The notes: generated from the sequence alone by a model not told the origin. Shown: positions 28,222 to 38,051, numbered from the stretch's first letter. The stretch: 64,000 nucleotides of DNA from Candidatus Falkowbacteria bacterium (GCA_003514005.1 DOSJ01000022.1:13804-77803); one strand, 5' to 3'. Numbers and translations: made by a program.

Positions 28222-28596
28222 TTATTTTTTCCATAGCCCATGCAGATTGCAATATGCGCGCGCTTCAAAATTTTCCGCTGTAACACAGAATTTTGCCATT
28301 GCTTCTACACCTGGTTTTAGATATTCGCGGTAAACTTTACCGTCGGCAATGATTTCGATCCATTCAATAAAATGCTCCTCTGTCATCGGATGCGCGACTT
28401 CGCCGATTCTAACAGTGTAGCCGCATTCGTTTTTCTCAATTACCGGCACATGTTTTTCATGCGAAGCATCTTCGGTATTTTCGGATCGCAAAATCATTGG
28501 CTGGCCGCAACAGACAAGTTCACCAGCACCTTCGTGCACCATCTCAACGATGTTGCCGCAGATGTTGCATTTGTAGATTTGATTTAGAATAGTCAT
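28222..28596 (-). CDS. dfx: Desulfoferrodoxin (class I superoxide reductase)
   Basis: YKCNICGN...[33 protein letters not shown]. Start placed at MTILNQ. Confidence 0.95.
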   Translation of the reverse strand: MTILNQIYKCNICGNIVEMVHEGAGELVCCGQPMILRSENTEDASHEKHVPVIEKNECGYTVRIGEVAHPMTEEHFIEWIEIIADGKVYREYLKPGVEAMAKFCVTAENFEARAYCNLHGLWKK

Positions 28597-28619
28597 ATTT
28601 TTATAAGCCACGTTCTTTT

Positions 28620-28719
28620 TGTCATTTCGAAGCGAAGCGAGAAATCTATAATACGAGACTAGCAGGTAGACAAAGTATTATAGATCTCTCCACTCCGCTT
28701 CGCTCCGGTCGAGATGACA
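28620..28719. repeat. REP/RPE-like palindromic element, copy 2
   Basis: tgtcatttcgaagcgaagcgagaaatctataatac ... gtattatagatctctccactccgcttcgctccggtcgagatgaca. Confidence 0.8.
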
Positions 28720-28744
28720 AAAAAGAGTGTGTGCTAAATCTTAA

Positions 28745-29272
28745 TTAATAATTTTCCACAAACAACTCAAAATGATCCACTGGATGCTGACATGTCGGAC
28801 ACATTGCCGGAGCTTCTTCGCCTTCATGAATATGACCGCAGTTGTTGCATTTCCATCTCTTAATTTCATCACGTTTAAATACTTTGCCTGTCTCAATATT
28901 TTCTAATAGCTTTTTGTAACGAGCTTCATGCGCTTTTTCCACGCCTGCTACCATAAGAAATGAACGAGCTAAATCATCGTGCCCTTCTTCTTTAGCCTCA
29001 TTTGCCATTCGCACATACATATCTGTATATTCAAAATGTTCGCCTTCGGCCGCATGCTTAAGATTTTCCTTGGTATCTCCGATTAACCCAAGCGCTTTTG
29101 CCCATAGCTTGGCATGTTCTTTTTCATTCAATGCAGTTTCCATGAATAGATTTTGAATCTGAATGTATCCGTCTTTCTTGGCTTGTGAAGCAAACCAGTC
29201 ATATTTATTTCGCGCCATAGATTCACCGGCAAGTGCTTCTTCGAGATTTTTTTTGGTTTTGGGACCGAGCAT
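28745..29272 (-). CDS. rbr: Rubrerythrin
   Basis: AGESMARNKY, NEKEHAK, GEHFE, VEKAHE, C-terminal rubredoxin CNNCG...CPTC. Confidence 0.95.
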   Translation of the reverse strand: MLGPKTKKNLEEALAGESMARNKYDWFASQAKKDGYIQIQNLFMETALNEKEHAKLWAKALGLIGDTKENLKHAAEGEHFEYTDMYVRMANEAKEEGHDDLARSFLMVAGVEKAHEARYKKLLENIETGKVFKRDEIKRWKCNNCGHIHEGEEAPAMCPTCQHPVDHFELFVENY

Positions 29273-29277
29273 ATTTT

Positions 29278-29446
29278 TAGGATGGTAGGACTGTAGGCTT
29301 GTAGGCTAGTAGCCTAAGCAAAAAAAATCGTACCAAAAAATTAATTAAAAAATAAAAAAAATAAAACACATCCAACAAACTACCAGCCCACAATCCTACC
29401 CGCCTACAAGCCTACTAGCCTACAAGCCTACCTGCCTACCAGCCTA
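29278..29446. repeat. Inverted arrays of degenerate 8-nt repeats (GTAGGCTn / nAGCCTAC)
   Basis: gtaggactgtaggcttgtaggctagtag at 29286-29313 faces cgcctacaagcctactagcctacaagcctacctgcctaccagccta at 29401-29446. Confidence 0.75.
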
Positions 29447-30298
29447 ACTCTGACACCCCCCACAATAACTAGTCCCTCTCTGTGTCACTTTTATCTTCTG
29501 AATAATCGCCCCACACCTCCGACACTCCTCTCCTTTCCGTCCATAAACATTCAACATCTTCACAAACTCACCTTTGTTGCCACTCGCATCCACATAATTA
29601 TTAAAAGTCGTACCGCGATTTTGAATCGCTTTTTGTAATACTTGTTTAATGCTCTTGGCAAGCTTTTTTATTTCTATATCGCTTAAGCTAAAAGCCGGAC
29701 GGACGGGACGAATGCCAGCGAGGAACAACGCTTCATCTGCGTAAATATTGCCGATTCCGGCGATTAAGTTTTGGTTTAAAAGCAAAGTCTTAATACTGGC
29801 AGTTTTTGTGCGGATGAAACTTTTTAAGTATTTAAAATCAATCTCCATAGCTTCCAGTCCGAAGTTACCAGTAATTTTTTCAAGCTCATCAATCTCTACA
29901 ATCTGCAAATAACCAAATGTACGCAAATCATTAAACAACAACTTGCTTTTATCAGCAAAACTTATCACAACACGCGTATGCGGATTGGGCTTACAAGCAA
30001 CTTGATTTTTATCACTATGTCCGCCGGCAATAATATTATCTTTTTTGCAATACACCAACTGCCCGGTCATACGCAGATGAATTAAAAGAAAATGTTTTTT
30101 ATCTGCCAACCAAAAAATAATCAGCTTACCCCGCCGTTCAATCTGGATAATTTTATTATACTGCAAAACAGTTAAAAAGTCATTAAACTTACCTTTAACA
30201 ATTCTTTTCAACAAAACCTCAACCTGAACTATTTTTTTACCAATAATCCTATCACGCAAATCGCGCACTATGGTTTCAACTTCAGGAAGCTCTGGCAT
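29444..30298 (-). CDS. mutM: Formamidopyrimidine-DNA glycosylase
   Basis: MPELPEVET, HLRMTG, GIGNIYADEALF, C-terminal zinc finger CRRC...CGGCQ. Confidence 0.97.
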   Translation of the reverse strand: MPELPEVETIVRDLRDRIIGKKIVQVEVLLKRIVKGKFNDFLTVLQYNKIIQIERRGKLIIFWLADKKHFLLIHLRMTGQLVYCKKDNIIAGGHSDKNQVACKPNPHTRVVISFADKSKLLFNDLRTFGYLQIVEIDELEKITGNFGLEAMEIDFKYLKSFIRTKTASIKTLLLNQNLIAGIGNIYADEALFLAGIRPVRPAFSLSDIEIKKLAKSIKQVLQKAIQNRGTTFNNYVDASGNKGEFVKMLNVYGRKGEECRRCGAIIQKIKVTQRGTSYCGGCQS

Positions 30299-30340
30299 AT
30301 ATTAAAAATTCGACACTCGGCATTCGACACTCGGCATTCC

Positions 30341-30667
30341 CTACGCTCCATACTTCTTCAACAAATCCATCAACCCTTCTTTCGACTGTAACCCAACCAT
30401 AGTTTCCTTTACTTCTCCATCTTTAAAAATCATAAGCGTAGGAATGCTCATAATTCCAAAATTCATAGCAGTTTGCTGTGCTTCTTCAGTATTTACTTTT
30501 CCAACAATTGCTTTGTCGCCGATCTCATCTGCCAATGTATCAACAATCGGACCCTGGACTTTACATGGACCGCACCATGGCGCGAAAAAATCGACTAATA
30601 CTGGTTTTTGTTTTGAGGCTTCAAGAACCTCTGTGTTAAAATTTGCGTCTGTAAATTGTTTTGACAT
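30341..30667 (-). CDS. trxA: Thioredoxin
   Basis: VDFFAPWCGPCK, IMSIPTL. Confidence 0.97.
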   Translation of the reverse strand: MSKQFTDANFNTEVLEASKQKPVLVDFFAPWCGPCKVQGPIVDTLADEIGDKAIVGKVNTEEAQQTAMNFGIMSIPTLMIFKDGEVKETMVGLQSKEGLMDLLKKYGA

Positions 30668-30847
30668 ATGGGTGGATATTTGACAGATTTTTGTTCTGTC
30701 AATTTTTAATTAATATTTATAATTTTATTTATCTATCACCAAGGTACTTAGTTGATTAGTTAATTAGGAATTAAATAAATTAGAAATGGCGATTTTAACA
30801 GGCTCCTCTCCCTATTCCCCAATTAACTAATTACCCAATTAACTAAA

Positions 30848-31093
30848 TCAATTATTTTTCGTAAGTTCCAAAACTAATTTCTTTATCATCTCGCTTTTTT
30901 TGCGTGATCCGCAGGAATCAAGGCAACTGACAAAATTTTCTTCGATATATTTGTTTGTCAGCGAATTAAGCGCCGACTTGACTGCTTTCATCTGAACAAT
31001 AACCGAAAAACAATCTTTTTTTTCTTCGATCATTCGATTGATGCCATTCAACTGGCCGATAATATTATTGATTAACTGTTCTTGTGTCTTCAT
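30848..31093 (-). CDS. CsoR/RcnR/FrmR-family regulator, non-His type
   Basis: IIGQLNGINRMIEEKKDCFSVIVQMKAVKSAL...NFVSC; the metal-binding His is replaced. Confidence 0.85.
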   Translation of the reverse strand: MKTQEQLINNIIGQLNGINRMIEEKKDCFSVIVQMKAVKSALNSLTNKYIEENFVSCLDSCGSRKKSEMIKKLVLELTKNN

Positions 31094-31130
31094 ATTTAAA
31101 TTAATTAAATCTCAAATCCTAAATCATATA

Positions 31131-31928
31131 TCATAAATTATTTTCTCTCGCATCACATTCCTTTTTCGCTTTTCGTTTTAACATACATGCATAATACCAC
31201 CAATGCCATGCAAGATGAAAAAATGAAATAATTGCCATTGCAATTCCAGTTTCAACGTGCAACATTAAGAGATCGAATGGCCAATTGACCATGATTCCAT
31301 AATTTATTCGTATGACTAATAATATTCCAGAAATTCCTGACGCAAGAAAAAATAAAGTTAAGGCAAGGTTCCAAATACGTTGTTGAGTTAAAAATGAAAT
31401 CGTTTTCTTTAATGCCAAGATATATGTTATCAAATAAGCAATTAACAAGACAAATAAAACAGGAAAAAAATTATATTTTGGTGTGATTACTTTTTTTGCT
31501 TCATCTGCTGATAAAATCGGTTCAGTCGCGGGTGGGCTGTCTGCTTTTATATTTGCGGCAATACCGGCTGCCACCGTAGCGCAAAGGGCGTTTTCATCAT
31601 GCAAAACCGCCATTGAGTCACTTGTTTTTACAATTATTTTTAAAAATAACCCGAGCTCGCGCGCGTATTCTTCGGCGCTAATATTATATATTTTTGCAAT
31701 CTCTGATACTGTTCTTTTTTTAAATTCCTCTTCGCTTAATTTTGTTGTTTTCTCTGCTGTTGGCACTTCTATCTCGGATAAATCACAAAGATTATTCTTA
31801 TCTTTATCAACATAAGAACCACAGTTGCCAGGGGCGGCATCATTTACCATCCCGATTGGACAATCGGTTTGTGCCAAGGCCGGATTGATAAAAAACAAAA
31901 GTAAAAACAAAGATGTTAAAATTTTCAT
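31131..31928 (-). CDS. DUF4405-like membrane protein with N-terminal Cys motif
   Basis: CPIGMVND..PGNCG.YVD.D.NNLCD motif; TM region with LHVETGI...FFHLAWHW. Confidence 0.65.
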   Translation of the reverse strand: MKILTSLFLLLFFINPALAQTDCPIGMVNDAAPGNCGSYVDKDKNNLCDLSEIEVPTAEKTTKLSEEEFKKRTVSEIAKIYNISAEEYARELGLFLKIIVKTSDSMAVLHDENALCATVAAGIAANIKADSPPATEPILSADEAKKVITPKYNFFPVLFVLLIAYLITYILALKKTISFLTQQRIWNLALTLFFLASGISGILLVIRINYGIMVNWPFDLLMLHVETGIAMAIISFFHLAWHWWYYACMLKRKAKKECDARENNL

Positions 31929-31965
31929 AATTATTTTTTTTATTAACTAAGACAAAGTATATCAC

Positions 31966-31982
31966 ACACCCCTAGGGGGTGT
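31966..31982. promoter_or_regulatory. CsoR-type C/G-tract operator upstream of the 31928 operon
   Basis: acacccctagggggtgt near-palindrome overlapping a minus-strand TTGACA. Confidence 0.6.
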
Positions 31983-32014
31983 CAAGGAATTTTTTATTTA
32001 TAAAACAAAAGGTC

Positions 32015-32662
32015 CTAAAAATTCGATTTTTTTGCTTTAACAAAGCGCATGTCATTTTTTATACTTAATAATACAAATACTCCAATAAAGGAAATAACAC
32101 TTGCCAAACCGAATAGATAATTAAAACCAAGCCGATATGCGATAATTCCGCCCAAGGCTGCACCGATTGCTGAGCTTAAATCAGTTACTGTAAAATATGT
32201 CCCCCATTCAATACCTTCGTGTTCGTGATCAATATGGCGAGTAAACACCGCTGTCCAAGATGGAAAAAGGACTGCGGCTGAAACACCTAGCAAAAACTGT
32301 ACAACATAAAGCTGAAAAATAGAATCAATAAAAATATAAAGCAAAGGTGTTAAAGAAAACCAGAATGTTCCGAGGAATATTGCAATAAAATCATCTTGTT
32401 CACCCTTTATCTTATCTATCATAACTGAGACCGGAATCTGCAATAAACTTTTTGAAAGCATATAGATCGTAGTCGCGATACCAACGACTTCCAAATTGCC
32501 GCCTGGTATTTTATCTGTAATATAGAGCGCAAAAATCGGCGCAATAAAACCGAGACGTGTCATAACAACCAAAATATCAGAAAAAATTAGGATTCTTATG
32601 ACTGGGTTAATTTTTTGGAATATAGATATATTCCAAACTGAATTTACGCTTGGATGTTTCAT
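32015..32662 (-). CDS. Half-size MFS transporter
   Basis: Six TMs; IAPIFALYI, DKIKGE, FTRHID...EG.EWG. Confidence 0.8.
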   Translation of the reverse strand: MKHPSVNSVWNISIFQKINPVIRILIFSDILVVMTRLGFIAPIFALYITDKIPGGNLEVVGIATTIYMLSKSLLQIPVSVMIDKIKGEQDDFIAIFLGTFWFSLTPLLYIFIDSIFQLYVVQFLLGVSAAVLFPSWTAVFTRHIDHEHEGIEWGTYFTVTDLSSAIGAALGGIIAYRLGFNYLFGLASVISFIGVFVLLSIKNDMRFVKAKKSNF

Positions 32663-32750
32663 ATTTTTATTATTAACTTATGCTTATTTTACTATTTTTA
32701 TAGAATTTAATCAAACAAAAAAAATCACAACGGGTGAACGACTTATCCAC

Positions 32751-32802
32751 TTGACAATAAAAAAAATCAGAATATAGTAATACCTACACCCTAGGTATAG
32801 GT
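32751..32802 (+). promoter_or_regulatory. Sigma70 promoter with CsoR-type operator for the copper operon
   Basis: TTGACA (32751), 16-nt spacer, TATAGT, then acctacaccctaggtataggt inverted repeat. Confidence 0.7.
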
Positions 32803-32823
32803 TAATAAATTATTTATAATCTT

Positions 32824-33096
32824 ATGGATGACAACAAAACAAAAGCATTAATCAATTTTAAAAAAGCCTCTACTCTTCTTAGTCGTATCATAAAAATGAC
32901 CGAAGACAAAGAATATTGCATCGACATAATGCAACAAAATCTAGCCGTGATCGGACTCTTAAAATCAGCACATCAGATGCTAATGGAAAACCATTTGAAT
33001 ACATGTTTCAAAAACGCAATGGCGAGCAAGAATGAAAAGACGAAGCAGGATATGATTGAGGAGATTTTGAAAGTTACAAAGTTGGCTAATAAATAA
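32824..33096 (+). CDS. csoR: CsoR copper-sensing repressor
   Basis: EYCIDIMQQ..AV.GLL...LMENHLNTC (Cys, His, Cys ligands); first gene of the copA operon. Confidence 0.88.
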   Translation: MDDNKTKALINFKKASTLLSRIIKMTEDKEYCIDIMQQNLAVIGLLKSAHQMLMENHLNTCFKNAMASKNEKTKQDMIEEILKVTKLANK

Positions 33097-33185
33097 TTTA
33101 GGTACTTAGGGCATAGGGCTTAGGAGATGTGTATCGAGCTTCATCTTCAATACTCTAGGTACCTAAGTATCCGAGTACCTAAAAT

Positions 33186-34643
33186 ATGTTAAAAAAGACC
33201 ACTCTAACCATTACCGGCATGCATTGTGTCGGTTGTAAAAATCTTATCGAAAGTGAAGTCAGCTCACTCCCCGGCGTCAAGAGTATTGTCTTTGACCATA
33301 AAAATGATAGCGCTGTAATTGAATATGATGAAGAAAAAACAGATCTTGCAAAAATCATTCCCGAGATTGAAAAACTAAACTATAAAGTGAAACACGAAAC
33401 AAACGAACATAAACACGAAATAAACGAAACTAACAACGCAAAAGAAACGAAAAATAGTTTAAGATATTTAATTTTATTTGTTGCGTTTGTCCTGATTGGT
33501 TATTTTATAATCAATCATTTCGGCGGCTTTGAACTGCTGGGCAAATTAAACGAAGGACATGTCGCCTATTCTCTATTATTCATAATCGGTGTTCTTGCCG
33601 GCTTCCACTGTGTCGGTATGTGCGGCGGACTTGTACTGGCCTACTCTACCGCAAATGCAAATAACGAAAAGAAAAAAAGTCTAATCCCACATCTCGAGTA
33701 TAACACGGGCCGGATAATTTCCTACACGATTATCGGTGGAATCTTGGGCGGAATCGGTTCATTCTTTGGCATCAATCCAATTTTTACCGGAGTTATCTTA
33801 ATACTCGCTAGCATATTTATGGTATTGATGGGTTTGTCATTTTTAACCGATTACAAAATCTTAAAAAAAATAAAACTAAACACGCCAGCGTTTATTGCCA
33901 AATATCTTTATCAAAACAAACAAAACAAAAAACCAAAAGGTCCTTTTATAATAGGCCTCTTAACCGGTTTTATGCCCTGCGGACCTTTGCAGGCAATGCA
34001 ACTTTATGCATTGGCACAAGGCGATATGTTACGCGGAGTATTGTCGATGGCGGTTTACGCGCTAGGCACGACAATTGTTATGTTTGCTTTTGGCGCAGTG
34101 ATAAACACGATCAAAACGCAAAATATTTCCAAACTGCTAAAATTCTCAGGTGCTTTCATAATCATTCTTGGAATAATGATGGCAAATCGCGGTCTGGCAA
34201 ATTTTGGAATAAATTTTATGTCTTCTGCAAAAACAGAATCACAAACGATTACGAATGTTGACAATAAAGATTTTCAAGAAATCAAAATGGACTTGACCTA
34301 TTCCGGTTATGTACCGAATACGCTTTATATCAAAAAAGATATTCCCGTACGCTGGATTATAAATGTCAAACAGATGACAGGTTGTACCGATGCTATCATG
34401 ATCGAGTCATTGGGCATAAAAAAAGACCTGCAATATGGCGAAAATATAATCGAATTCACTCCGCCGGCGAATGTTAAGGAAATAAAATTCTCCTGCTGGA
34501 TGCGGATGGTTTGGGGGAAGTTTGTTGTTGGTGACGAAGGGTCTTCTAAACAGCCGGACGAATATAATGAAGCACGAGTTTCTGGGGATACCGGAACGTA
34601 TAATGCGGTTTGCAGTGCTTCGGGGTGTGGGTGTACAAAATAA
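33186..34643 (+). CDS. HMA domain + DsbD_2/TauE-like membrane domain + cupredoxin-like C-terminus
   Basis: GMHCVGC; FHCVGMCGG; FMPCGPLQ; C-terminal FSCWMRM. Confidence 0.88.
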   Translation: MLKKTTLTITGMHCVGCKNLIESEVSSLPGVKSIVFDHKNDSAVIEYDEEKTDLAKIIPEIEKLNYKVKHETNEHKHEINETNNAKETKNSLRYLILFVAFVLIGYFIINHFGGFELLGKLNEGHVAYSLLFIIGVLAGFHCVGMCGGLVLAYSTANANNEKKKSLIPHLEYNTGRIISYTIIGGILGGIGSFFGINPIFTGVILILASIFMVLMGLSFLTDYKILKKIKLNTPAFIAKYLYQNKQNKKPKGPFIIGLLTGFMPCGPLQAMQLYALAQGDMLRGVLSMAVYALGTTIVMFAFGAVINTIKTQNISKLLKFSGAFIIILGIMMANRGLANFGINFMSSAKTESQTITNVDNKDFQEIKMDLTYSGYVPNTLYIKKDIPVRWIINVKQMTGCTDAIMIESLGIKKDLQYGENIIEFTPPANVKEIKFSCWMRMVWGKFVVGDEGSSKQPDEYNEARVSGDTGTYNAVCSASGCGCTK

Positions 34644-34658
34644 TTCACTAATATATTT

Positions 34659-34778
34659 TGTCATTCCGTAGCGAAGCGAAGGAATCCCTTATACTCTTAT
34701 AACATATCTAAATAATTCAAAAAAGATAATATTATTTAAAACCTTTAAGGGATCTCTCCGCTTCGCTGCGAGATGACA
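34659..34778. repeat. REP/RPE-like palindromic element, copy 3
   Basis: tgtcattccgtagcgaagcgaaggaatccctta ... taagggatctctccgcttcgctgcgagatgaca. Confidence 0.8.
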
Positions 34779-34787
34779 AAAAATTAT

Positions 34788-36962
34788 ATGATATCAACAA
34801 AACTAAACATCGCCGGCATGCACTGCGCATCCTGTGCGAGTAATATAAAAATCGCTTTGGAAAAAGAAAAAGCGGTTAAATCGGCAACTGTAAATTTTGC
34901 TTTGAAAAATGCCGAAGTGGTTTATGATGAAAAAAATCTGACACTAGACCAGATAAAAGATATAATTCAAAAAACCGGTTACACAGTAATTGAAAATAAT
35001 GAAATCGAAAAATCGGAAATTCTAGCCGCAAAAGCTGATGCTGCACTAAAATTAAAAACAATCCTCGCTCTAATACTTTCCGCTCCGCTCATAGTCAGTA
35101 TGTTCTGGATGTACAAAATTCCAGGTTCGTTTCTTGGAGTAATGTCAACTCATTGGCTGCATCACAACTTGGCATTCATTGTCGTATTTATCCTTGGCTG
35201 GCAATTTCACGCTAACGCCTGGCGCGCCTTGATGAATAAACAAAGCGATATGGATACGCTTATTTCAGTTGGCACGCTGTCGGCATATTTTTTCAGCGTG
35301 TACGCAATGTTCACAGGCGGTGATATTTATTTTGAAGGCGCGGCCACAATTACTGCTTTAATTCTACTTGGCCGATACATGGAGCTAAAGACAAAAAATC
35401 GCAGTATGTCTGCTTTAAAAAAACTAATGGAACTTGGCGTAAAGTCTGCAACTATCATAAATGAAAATGGCAAAGAAGAAAAAAGAGATCTAAAAGAAAT
35501 AAATATCGGCGATACGCTTCTGATTCGCCCTGGCGACAAAATTCCTTTGGATGGTATCATAACGAGCGGCTCAACTACCATCGACGAATCTATGCTGACC
35601 GGCGAAGCGATCCCTGTCACAAAAGAAAACGGACAAGAGGTTTTTGCCGCCACTATCAATCTGGATGGCATAATTAAAATCAAAGTAAACAAGAATGGCG
35701 AAGATACTGTTTATTCGCAAATAATTAAATCGGTCGAAGATGCGCAAAAATACAAGGCACCGATCCAAAAACTAGCCGACAAGATTGCCGCAATTTTCGT
35801 ACCAGTCGTTATCGTTATTGCCGCACTTACTTTTATCTTTACTTGGCTAGTCGTTGGCGATGTCGGCGTTGCAGTTTTGCGCGCGATTAGCGTCCTTATA
35901 ATATCTTGTCCTTGCGCGCTTGGCATAGCCACACCGATCGCTATTCTTGTGGGTTCAAGCGTAGGCGCAAAGAACGGAATACTCATTAAAAATGGCGAAA
36001 GTTTTGAAAAAGCGCAAAATATTACGACCGCGGTTTTTGACAAGACTGGCACACTGACCCTAGGTAAACCAGAAATCAAGGAAATTATTTCTACAAACGA
36101 CAGTATATACTCCAATGACAAAATATTAAAACTGGCAAAAAGTCTGGCAAAAAATTCCAGCCATCCCCTTTCACAGGCAATAAATAATTATGAAGCTAAA
36201 ATAGAGCTGGCAGAGATTGATAATTTCCTAGAAATCAGCGGACATGGACTGACTGGTACTTGCAAAACGCATGGCACGCAAATCCTGCTCGGAAACTACA
36301 AATTGCTCAAAGAAAAAAGCGTTAGCCGTGAATGGGCCAAAACGCTGGTTGAAAAATACAAAGAATCGGAATACACAATCCTCTTTGTCGGACACGGCAT
36401 AGAAATTGCCGGCGCCATACTCTTGGCTGACAAGATCAAAGAGAATAGCCGCGCCGCGCTCGATGCCATAAAAAATCTTGGAATAAGATCGGTTATTATT
36501 TCCGGCGACAACAAAAATTCAGTAGCAACAGTCGCAAACAATCTCGGCGTTACAGATTATCTGGCTGAAGTATTACCAAACAAAAAGCAAGCAGAAGTAA
36601 AAAAAATCCAATCCCAAAACGAAAAAGTCCTTTTCGCCGGCGATGGCATTAACGACGCTCCGGCACTTGTCCAAGCCGACCTTGGCATCGCTATGGCAAG
36701 CGGCACCGATATTGCCAAAGAGGCAGGCGATATCGTTATTCTAAAAAACGACCCCGAGAAAATCGTCTTTGCCATCCGCCTCTCCCGTCTAACTTTTTCG
36801 ATCATAAAACAAAACCTCTTCTGGGCATTCTTTTACAATACAATCGCAATCCCCTTCGCCGTCTTTGGCCTTGTCAGTCCAATGGTCGCGGCGCTCGCTA
36901 TGGGATTGTCAGATGTGACAGTGATCGGGAATGCACTCCGGATCTATCGGATTAGAAAATAA
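34788..36962 (+). CDS. copA: Cu+-translocating P1B ATPase
   Basis: GMHCASC, TGE, CPCALG, DKTGT, SSHP, GDGINDAPAL, YN and MxxS motifs. Start moved out of the repeat. Confidence 0.95.
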   Translation: MISTKLNIAGMHCASCASNIKIALEKEKAVKSATVNFALKNAEVVYDEKNLTLDQIKDIIQKTGYTVIENNEIEKSEILAAKADAALKLKTILALILSAPLIVSMFWMYKIPGSFLGVMSTHWLHHNLAFIVVFILGWQFHANAWRALMNKQSDMDTLISVGTLSAYFFSVYAMFTGGDIYFEGAATITALILLGRYMELKTKNRSMSALKKLMELGVKSATIINENGKEEKRDLKEINIGDTLLIRPGDKIPLDGIITSGSTTIDESMLTGEAIPVTKENGQEVFAATINLDGIIKIKVNKNGEDTVYSQIIKSVEDAQKYKAPIQKLADKIAAIFVPVVIVIAALTFIFTWLVVGDVGVAVLRAISVLIISCPCALGIATPIAILVGSSVGAKNGILIKNGESFEKAQNITTAVFDKTGTLTLGKPEIKEIISTNDSIYSNDKILKLAKSLAKNSSHPLSQAINNYEAKIELAEIDNFLEISGHGLTGTCKTHGTQILLGNYKLLKEKSVSREWAKTLVEKYKESEYTILFVGHGIEIAGAILLADKIKENSRAALDAIKNLGIRSVIISGDNKNSVATVANNLGVTDYLAEVLPNKKQAEVKKIQSQNEKVLFAGDGINDAPALVQADLGIAMASGTDIAKEAGDIVILKNDPEKIVFAIRLSRLTFSIIKQNLFWAFFYNTIAIPFAVFGLVSPMVAALAMGLSDVTVIGNALRIYRIRK

Positions 36963-36963
36963 A

Positions 36964-37011
36964 CAAAAAAACACCCGCAACATTGACGTTTTTCCGTCGT
37001 TGTTGCGGGTA
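36964..37011. terminator. Terminator between convergent genes
   Basis: aaaaaaacacccgcaaca...tgttgcgggt hairpin; reads as a U-tract on the minus strand. Confidence 0.65.
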
Positions 37012-37019
37012 TACAGCAT

Positions 37020-37472
37020 TTATATTCTCAACCATCCAATCATTATTCCGTCAATAGTATAAATATAATAACCCCTTGTAAAAATAGTTTTCCCAAAATT
37101 ACGCTTTTCCTTGGGTTCCAAACGAGAAATACTTAAAGTCTCTTCTCCAACATCAAGGCCTGAGAATTTAACAACTCTAATCCGAATAGGAAAGCTATTG
37201 GTGTTTTCTATCCAGGAGTCCTCTTTCATTAAAATATCCGGAACAGTAATCTTCACACCTTCAGACTCCACTATATACGGTTTTAATATATCGCTTTTGA
37301 TTTCAACTTTTGTTTTTTCTTCGATATCGGCTGATATTTTTATTTTTTTCATATCATTCATTAGAAAAAATAAAAATGTTGATATTACAAAAAGAATAAA
37401 TATAAATAAAACAAGTACAATATTTATAATCACAGAACCTTTTTGATTGTTAATATAATTTTTCATCTTCAT
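37020..37472 (-). CDS. Hypothetical protein with pilin-like N-terminus
   Basis: NQKG|SVIINIVLVLFIF class III signal-like sequence. Confidence 0.55.
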   Translation of the reverse strand: MKMKNYINNQKGSVIINIVLVLFIFILFVISTFLFFLMNDMKKIKISADIEEKTKVEIKSDILKPYIVESEGVKITVPDILMKEDSWIENTNSFPIRIRVVKFSGLDVGEETLSISRLEPKEKRNFGKTIFTRGYYIYTIDGIMIGWLRI

Positions 37473-37490
37473 CTCCTTCTGTTAAAAGAT

Positions 37491-37880
37491 TTAATCATTT
37501 TCCAATTCTTGATAATCACCTATTTCTCGCGCCAAAATAGCAATCCGACTTTCCAGTGCCTTTATCTCGTCCGTTGCTTTTGGCGATTCTTTTTTTAATT
37601 TTGCCAACACAGTTTCAAGTATATATTTTTGATTATCCGCCAATACCATTATCAAATTGTTTAGCTTTTCTATCTGTTCATCAGAGCTTAAAAATTGAGA
37701 TATTGCTTGTTCGCTGTCTTCAACTGCGACCTGAGTGTTGATCTCGGTTTTTACTTTATTGTCTTCTCTTGTAAAATGAATATTCGTAGCGACTACTGCC
37801 AACACTATTGAAAAAATTGCCATAATCATCATAACTTGAATAACTGTAATCCCCTTCTGACATCCAATAAAACTTTTCAT
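37491..37880 (-). CDS. Hypothetical protein with type IV prepilin-like N-terminus
   Basis: QKG|ITVIQVMMIMAIFSIVLAV, with Q at the usual E5 position; AAGGAG RBS. Confidence 0.6.
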   Translation of the reverse strand: MKSFIGCQKGITVIQVMMIMAIFSIVLAVVATNIHFTREDNKVKTEINTQVAVEDSEQAISQFLSSDEQIEKLNNLIMVLADNQKYILETVLAKLKKESPKATDEIKALESRIAILAREIGDYQELEND

Positions 37881-37990
37881 CTTTTTTCTCCTTGTTTAGT
37901 TAAAATTTTTGTCAAAGACCGATTTAAAAATATTTATAAGAAATTAGCACATTTTTTGTTTGGTGTCAAGGGGGTTTTACTTACATTAAA

Positions 37991-38034
37991 CAAAAAAAGC
38001 CCCATCACAAGAATAATCTCGCAACAGGGCGTTT
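37991..38034 (-). terminator. Terminator, copy A of a 44-bp direct repeat
   Basis: caaaaaaagccccatcacaagaataatctcgcaacagggcgttt; 41/44 identical to 39447-39490. Confidence 0.8.
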
Positions 38035-38051
38035 TATAAATTTAATACAAG

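Noticed and set aside
29278-29446. CRISPR or coding repeat
   Set aside because: Units are 8 nt, degenerate, intergenic and have no spacers.
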